The translations under genes were made by a program, and so were the position numbers. DNA of 64,000 bases from Octopus vulgaris. Lineage: Eukaryota. This document shows positions 54,200 through 64,000 of the stretch, piece after piece. The DNA is taken from assembly GCA_951406725.2 (NCBI GenBank), contig OX597838.1, positions 5,890,001 through 5,954,000 of the forward strand, written 5' to 3'. The notes under the pieces were generated by a model. The model made no database searches, was not told the DNA's origin, and saw only the letters and a list, made by a program, of their open reading frames with translations. Within the stretch, counting starts at the first letter, position 1. Every line of letters begins with the position of its first letter.

Positions 54200-54359
54200 T
54201 GCAGGAGTGGCTGTGTGGTAAGTAGCTTCATTAAAAACCATATTGTTCAAGGGTTCAGTCCCTATGCGTGGGAACTTGGGTAAGAGTCTCCTACTAAAGC
54301 GTCGGTCCGATCAAAACCTTGTGAGTGCATCTGGTAGACGTAAACTGAAAGAAGCCCGT

Positions 54360-54362
<3 letters not shown>
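54198..54362 (+). mobile_element. Family A SINE 5' half within (TA)n
   Basis: GGTGCAGGAGTGGCTGTGTGGTAAGTAGCTT...AACTGAAAGAAGCCCGTTG. Confidence 0.85.
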
Positions 54363-54418
<56 letters not shown>

Positions 54419-54487
54419 TATATACATACATACATACATGTACGTATCTACAAATAACGTTGTGCACATGTCAATTACTACTACATT

Positions 54488-54523
<36 letters not shown>

Positions 54524-55164
54524 AGTGTGTGTGTGCGCGTATGTTTATGAATGCATCAATACATCAATTCATATATATGAGTTTCTATGTGGACCAGTTT
54601 GCGTTTGATCCTAAATTCAAAACTTTTGAAGGCTCCCGAATCGGTAATTATTCAAAGAACCTTTATGGAACTCATGGCTAGGAAAACAGTGGCCTTCAGT
54701 AAGCAACCATAAATATACCCCACTGTAATATTTTCGAAATACTCCAAGAAACACAAGGAATATTCTAATAAGCGTATACTCAACATCTGCAATATAAGAA
54801 TTAAATATAAAAGCAACAACATATATATAACACAAAAACAATTCATTGAAGGCACAAGAAATTTTTAGAAGTCAGAATTTCGCATTTTTTTTTATTTTAA
54901 CCGAAAATAGCAATAGCTTTACAATAGTAATAAATAGCAAAATCATCATCAATATTATTATAATAGATAATAATATTAATAAATTATTAATATTAAAATT
55001 ATAATTATCATTTTAGTTTCTGTTACCGTTATTATGATAATAGTAGTTGCATGTTGCTCAATGGTTTCTGTGATGCTCTACCATGTCATTCAGTAACAAC
55101 GTGAAATAGGACAAAAAAATCATGCTTTGGCTTACAGCATACGACTGTCTTTTTGTACATGACT

Positions 55165-55221
<57 letters not shown>

Positions 55222-55499
55222 GTATATATGTAAGTATATATATATATACACACACACACATATATATATAGTTATATATGTACATATATTTATATTTTTA
55301 TGTATATACATTTATATATGCAAGTAGATATAAACTAAACATACGTACATGTAAATATACATATATATATACATATGTATATATAGATATATATATGCAT
55401 ATGTATATATACACATATATAGATGTATATATATTAATTATATTTGTCCATGGATATATGTATACATGTATATATATTGATATATATGTATATATATTG

Positions 55500-55538
<39 letters not shown>

Positions 55539-55551
55539 CATATATATATAC

Positions 55552-55591
<40 letters not shown>

Positions 55592-56021
55592 ATGTGTCTG
55601 TGTGTGTATATATGTATGTATGTATGCATGCACATATCTACAAGGAAAGATGTGTCCGTGGCGAGAACGTTTCGGATCGAGATACTGATGACCACACTCT
55701 ATAGGGTCTGTCAAAATTATCCTTGCATATACCATACTAGAAACCTATTTAAAACAATCGAGGGATACTTCTGTTTAAAGTTTCATGTTTTCCTCTATAT
55801 ATGCATATATAATTAAGCAGAATTTACCAATATATATATGCAAGTATGCACATATATACTTTATATATATATATGATTATGTATGTAATAATACATTTGT
55901 ATATGTATGGACATATATATGTATATGTATGGATATATTTATAAATATATATACACATACATACATATACATCATATATATATAATATAATATAATATGT
56001 ATATATATATAATATATTTAT

Positions 56022-56054
<33 letters not shown>

Positions 56055-56081
56055 GTATATATATATAAATATATATATATG

Positions 56082-56119
<38 letters not shown>

Positions 56120-56316
56120 ATATGGTGTTTTGCGTTCGTCTACTAAAGATATTTAGGTATGCAATTATGCCTTTGTGTTTGCATGCGATACTTACGCCTT
56201 TATGGGCTGCTCACGCATATACGAAATATTTTCTTCTTCTGAAGGATGGATGTTTACGTATTTAATTCGCACTATATATATACATGTATATCTATGTGTG
56301 AATTCGTGTGTATGTT

Positions 56317-56389
<73 letters not shown>

Positions 56390-57122
56390 CAATATGTCTG
56401 TTTCTGTGCATGTACCATATGTTATATATACATATACGTACCTATATACATTTACATGCATATATAAATACATGGATACATATACATACACACACGTACA
56501 TATATATCATAAAATCATTAGTTATATATATTGTTGCAATAAATAAAAGAAAAAAACTTTGTTTTCTATAAAATTTTACGTATCCTTTTATATATTAATT
56601 ATACAAATATTCGCACATATAAACTAAATATTAAAGTCGCATATTTTCTCGACGAATGATTGTTGAATATTATACATGTAAATTGCAGGTAAATGAGCGG
56701 TACTAGTATTTCACCAATACCTGATTTAAAACCAATTACTGTATTATCTCATAAACACTTCCATGTTCAGCAGGATTGCTATAAAAATCGCAAAGCCAAC
56801 GATTCTTATACACGCTCACATACAGAAATAAATTAATTCATTCATATATAGATTTACACACACACACACACACATATGTATATATACATATATTTATGCA
56901 TATGTGGACATACATTTTAAAACATGTATAGACATTTATATAACATGTATAGACATTTATATCCCTATGAACTTGCGATGATATGTGAGAATATATGTAT
57001 ATATTTAATAAAATGGGAAAGCAGATCTTCCATAGCCTCCAGACTTTGATATATTTTCATCTTTTGTATGTGTGGTGTTTTTTTTAAAATTATATTTGTT
57101 CCATCCCAACTATATTCACATG

Positions 57123-58410
<1,288 letters not shown>

Positions 58411-58834
58411 TTGCCTCGATTCAGGATCATTGATATTTTAGAAACATTCGCTATTGAATAATATAATACATGTTTTTCAATTTTCATCCTCTTTAGTCCG
58501 TGCTCTTCAACAGATACATAGCTTGTTGTCATGGGTATCTTTCTGGTAATTAAAATCTCTGCGGAAATTTCCTTGACCGGATGTTCGGCTCACGGACAGC
58601 TGACCATGCCCGTGAATATAGAAATATGTGTATTTATTACTTCTAAGTAGAATTTTATGCTAATAATATAAAACAAAGCAATATTTCGTTGACTCAAATA
58701 AAAAAAAAATTGACGTTAGTTGGAACCACAATACATACACCCATTGACACAGATATGCGCGTCTGCGCACAAACACACACACACACGCACTCGTGTGTAT
58801 GCTTGACTTTGAAATACCTAATTACGATATCATG

Positions 58835-58887
<53 letters not shown>

Positions 58888-58915
58888 ATGAGTGTGCGTG
58901 TGTGTGTATATAAAC

Positions 58916-58949
<34 letters not shown>

Positions 58950-58999
58950 TATATATATATACACATATATATATACTTACATACATACATATATACACT

Positions 59000-59065
<66 letters not shown>

Positions 59066-59071
59066 CGTATA

Positions 59072-59115
<44 letters not shown>

Positions 59116-60621
59116 TATAGATACACAAATATATATATATGCATACATATATAATTATATACACACTTACGTTAACACAGACATCTTTTCGCACACATAC
59201 ATACATTTGTCTTACACAAGCAGCTTATGTATGCATCCAAAGGAAATGTTGATCAACATAGAACATTTTGTAACTGATTATTTGTTAGTGAAATAATAAA
59301 TTGTGATGCTGCTATCATAAGTAATCAAAAAGAGCATTAACAAATAGCTGAGATAAAATAAAAACAAACACAAAACAAAATAAAGAAGGAATGGGTTTAT
59401 GTTTACAGTCAACAACTCATTTCAAAGATACGCAAATACATTTCTCCCTAAGAAGCTGTACTATGTCAGTAGAGTATTGATGTAGAATTTAATAAAGGAT
59501 AAAGCAACAGCAATTCATCGAATCAGATTGATTATGTGTTGTATGTAATTTATGAATATTATACTGATACGTTTAGGACTTGTTCTGTTAATTACACTTC
59601 GTATACAAGTATTACTATCACTATACGCTTCATAATGACAGTTCTCTCTCTAACTCTTTCAATTTCTATCTTTGTCTCATTCTCTCTCTATCTCCCTCTA
59701 AACACAAACACACATACACACACACATATATATATACATACATATACATATATATATATACATATATTTACATACACATAAATAAATAGATATGCGGGTA
59801 TATATGCATGTACCCATACACACACATGTATATATAGATATTTATAAATGTGTGTGTGTGTCAATGTATATGCAAGGAAAATTCTGAATACAGGTTACGT
59901 TATAAATGCATCATACATTTGTACATATATACATACAAATATACGTGTGTGTTAGTATATATACACATGTATGTATACTATATGCAAAGCTATATTATTC
60001 TTATATGTGTGGGGAGATGCTGTCTGCGTGAGTGTATATATTATGATATACATGACTGGGTTATATGTCTTTGATTCAATTTTACATACGTCAGTATCTA
60101 TACAAACAAAAGCTGATCAAAATGAATTTCAAACACATGAAACCGAAACGAAATTTTGTAAGGCATTTTTTTATTTCTTCCACTGCATTTTTTAGTGTTA
60201 CGCAACAATTAAAACTCCTTTCAAATATACTATATTCTCGTTGACAAATAAGACTTTACAAAAACATTAGCTTCTTTGTAGCTTATCTATCATTCGTTAC
60301 AATTAGGTATTAAAGTATTTTCGTTAACTTTGAGATCGCAACAGTGATTCTCAGATAAGAAAGTGTTCTGTCAAAATTTTATTCTTAAAGTACAAGATTT
60401 AGAGGGAAACTTCTGTAGTTATTTTCTGAGAGAGAAGATAATATTAATACTTATACGGTCTTAAGTATTTATACATTTGAAACACACTCATGTATATATA
60501 CACATACACAAATATATATATACACATGTTCATGCATTTATAATTGTATATACACTTAAGCACACACTGAAATATATATATATATATATATATATATTTA
60601 TTTATGTATGTATGCAAAGAT

Positions 60622-60667
<46 letters not shown>

Positions 60668-60801
60668 CGGAAAAATCTTGGATATTTCAAATTGATACGT
60701 TGAAGAGTGCGTTACCTTCAACTTTAAAATATGGAGTTGATTGTTATTATATAATGTGGCTGTCAGTCTATATTGGCAGATAAAGAATGAAAAACAATAT
60801 A

Positions 60802-60844
<43 letters not shown>

Positions 60845-60908
60845 ATATATATATATATATATATCGATGTATACAGACACAGACAATATTTCTATAGATA
60901 CATGCACA

Positions 60909-60965
<57 letters not shown>

Positions 60966-61115
60966 GTATGTAGATATACTTTTGTTGTATGTTGCGTGTA
61001 TGTGGGCCTTAAAATAGGATGCGTTTTCTAAGCAATAGTTTCTAGTATCGCAAGTTACATATTGTATAAGCATTCGAACATTCCAGATTATGTATTTAAG
61101 TTTGTTACCGTATGT

Positions 61116-61161
<46 letters not shown>

Positions 61162-61338
61162 CCATAATTATATGGGCTTAATATTCACTTATCCATTAGA
61201 TTTCCATCATTAAAATGGTGAGTTTTTAAGATGTAAATAAACTGCGTAAGTCATAATTTCACAATTCATTCTTCTTGTACACATATGCATATATATATAT
61301 ATATATATATATACATACATATATATATATATATATAA

Positions 61339-61382
<44 letters not shown>

Positions 61383-61517
61383 CTGTATATATGTACGTAC
61401 ATATACACATATACATACATATATATATATATATGTCTGTATATATATATATATATATGCACATATACACTATATATGTGCATATACAGACGTACATATA
61501 TATATATATATGTTATG

Positions 61518-61556
<39 letters not shown>

Positions 61557-61720
61557 CTATATATTCATATACTTATATATACATGCATATATATGTATAT
61601 AGAAATATACATGCTTATATAAGTATATATATATATATATATATATAATAATATATATACACGTATCTAATGATATAACATTATGTATATTAAAAAAGCC
61701 TTAGACGCGGAAACAAAATA

Positions 61721-61956
61721 TTAAACAAAGGCTAATTGTTGAATGTTAAGTAGTAAAGCAAGCCCGAAAACTAAGTAAGTAAATATATTCATTTTCGAGG
61801 ATCCACCCCGCATTTCTAGTCCTTGTGCATTGCATCCGTCTGTGTCGCAGGTTCGAATGCAATAGTTTTTCTTCCTCGTTGCCGTGATATTTTTTACAAC
61901 GCAATCTTCCTCTATGTATGTCGGCGCACAATCCCTGGCGAATCGCACTGGGGTAC
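61721..61956 (-). CDS. Terminal coding exon of a GPI-anchored Ly6/uPAR (three-finger) protein, quiver/sleepless-like
   Basis: Polypyrimidine tract plus TTTTTTTTGCAG acceptor (intron ends at 61957, phase 1); (x)TPVRFARDCAPTYIEEDCVVKNITATRKKNYCIRTCDTDGCN with the C-terminal CxxDGCN motif, NIT sequon, small-residue spacer and hydrophobic tail IFTYLVFGLALLL; TAA at 61721-61723. Confidence 0.85.
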
Positions 61957-63077
61957 CTGCAAAAAAAAGAAGAAAAATAGAGATAAGTTATGTTTTATAT
62001 AGTAACAGATGCAACTATCTCTTCTCATAACGTTTACAATAGATTACTTATCACTGGCATTTAACTTCGTTGTATATGCTTCTAAAAATGACAACTCTTT
62101 ATAACCTTAATCTTTCTTGACCCCGAGGTGATTTAATCGGTCATTATTTACACTGAGGGAAATCAATATCGACATCGGAACCTGATTTGATGCTTGCCTT
62201 CACCTCTCTTTAGTTGCTCTGATCCCTTCTGAGTGCATTAAATCAGACGAAATAGCATTAGCCTACACTGTGTGATCTTGAGGTCAGCGACCTCATTTTG
62301 ACTCTTCTAAGATGTTTTTAAAGTCGTCATGATAGGGTCTTGGTAACTCCACTTTGGTCCACTTTCGTGACTGCCAGAGATTTGCTTGTTCACTAAAAGT
62401 AATCTCATTAGGGACCCAGGATTTGTGCATGCGCACTACATGTCTCGTCTAAGGCAACAGCAATTTATTTGCCTGTCACGTACATTAAACATCATTTTCA
62501 CTATTTGGAAGAAAGGAGAAATCACTTTTAGTAAAAAAATCAAAAAAAAAAAAATCACTGGTATTACTTATATGTCATGCTTCTGAAGAGAGTCGTCAAA
62601 ATTTGTTTTTCTTTCTTTTCTGTTTTAGCAATTTTACTGAAATTCCATTTACTTCGAACAGAAACGTGATGAAAGACGACCAAGAGATTTCATTTGCATC
62701 TCAAAATAACATCTAAATTTTAAATCTGGTTTCACACATGCTGTCGCTTTTTTTCCCCCTTTCCAATAGATCTGTGAGTTATAAGTACTGGTACAGAGCT
62801 TTAAAAATTAGTTTTAACACTAATTCTAAAACAAAATACATAAATCTTCCGTTTTTTTCTAGAAAATATCCTCGCTCTTTACACGCTGGTTTCAACTTTC
62901 AACCATAAAAAAACAACAAAACTGTCATAATTTTTTCACATTAACAGAGTAGCTAAAATCACAGTAAGAAACTGAAAGCCTGTAGATACTCACGTGACTA
63001 CAAACGCTTGTAAAACATTTCAGAGAAATATAACAACAAAAATTCAAATATCTTTAAATAACAGAGGCGGGGGTGAC

Positions 63078-63136
<59 letters not shown>

Positions 63137-63562
63137 ATATATATATATATAATATATGTTATATAATATATATATATATATAGTATATATTATATAATAT
63201 ATATATATATATAATATATATTATATAATATATATATATATATATATATGATATATAGATATATATATGCTCTGTGCGTCTAGGATTTAGAAGGCTACCC
63301 ACTGACGAACCTTGCCTGGGCAAACATATTCTGTATGTTTTGCTAGAAAGACGTAGAAACTGATCAGTCTGGGATACATCTATAATGGTAAATGTTTTTG
63401 ATTTTCATTCCTTTGATGAATTTATCCCTCTTTGTGTTTCTAGCACTTGCTTCCTTATTTGAGAACCTTTATTTTATTTCTATACGAAAAATATATCGTC
63501 TAATGACTACTTCGTCTTTTGTGCTAGGCCACTGGTAATAATAAATTATTACCCTTTTTAAT

Positions 63563-63607
<45 letters not shown>

Positions 63608-63608
63608 C

Positions 63609-63930
63609 TAGCTTTCCAACTGCATGACTCTGGTGTCAGTGCCACTGAGTGACAAATTCGGCAAGTATTTGCTGCAATAGCTTCGAGATTTATTACATGG
63701 AAAGAGAAAGTAGTCTGTTGTCTGCGCGTATGTATGTGTGTGTATATGTGTGTTTTTGTGTCTGTGTTTGACGCATTGCTGCACAATCGGTGTTGGTGCG
63801 CTTTCGTACTCGTAATTGAGTGATTCCGCTAAAGAGTGTGATAGAATAAGAACCACGTTGAAACAACAAGGTCAACGAAATCCTTTCAGGTGGTGCTGAA
63901 GCATCGCTGCAGTTTACTGACTGAAACGAT
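63609..63930 (+). mobile_element. Old, degenerate family A-related SINE
   Basis: Residual similarity in order: CAGTGCCACTGAGTGAC...GGCAAGT; (TG)n; GATAGAATAAG; GGTGGTGCTGAAGCATCGCTGCAGT...TGACTGAAAC. Confidence 0.55.
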
Positions 63931-64000
63931 AATAAGTATATATATATATATATACATAGATGAGTGTATTTTTACCTTGTTAACAATTAACACGGAAAAA

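Noticed and set aside
62985-63060. Minus-strand GTGAGT donor-like site upstream of the Ly6 exon
   Set aside because: No plausible cysteine-containing exon with an acceptor precedes it.

Overview
AT-rich, microsatellite-dense eukaryotic DNA, mostly intergenic or intronic; the SINE families resemble those of octopus (inferred from recognition, not a database search). Most entries in the ORF track are translations of (TA)n/(CA)n/(AAT)n repeats. The only clear host coding sequence is a minus-strand terminal exon (61721-61956) of a GPI-anchored Ly6/three-finger protein of the quiver/sleepless type. The rest is a mobile-element landscape: three tRNA-derived SINE families, a CR1-type LINE 3' end, an (AAT)n-embedded R4/Dong-like tail, several fold-back MITEs and Penelope-like elements (PLEs). 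The two most notable structures are (i) a ~4.4 kb palindrome (about 33345-37720) made of two head-to-head, 5'-truncated copies of a Naiad-like PLE (RT + GIY-YIG), with a near-canonical hammerhead ribozyme ~2 kb further on, apparently inserted inside a SINE, and (ii) three copies of a ~190-200 bp microsatellite-flanked element carrying a minimal hammerhead ribozyme (retrozyme-like). All alignments and coordinates were read by eye, so the ends of degenerate repeats are approximate.
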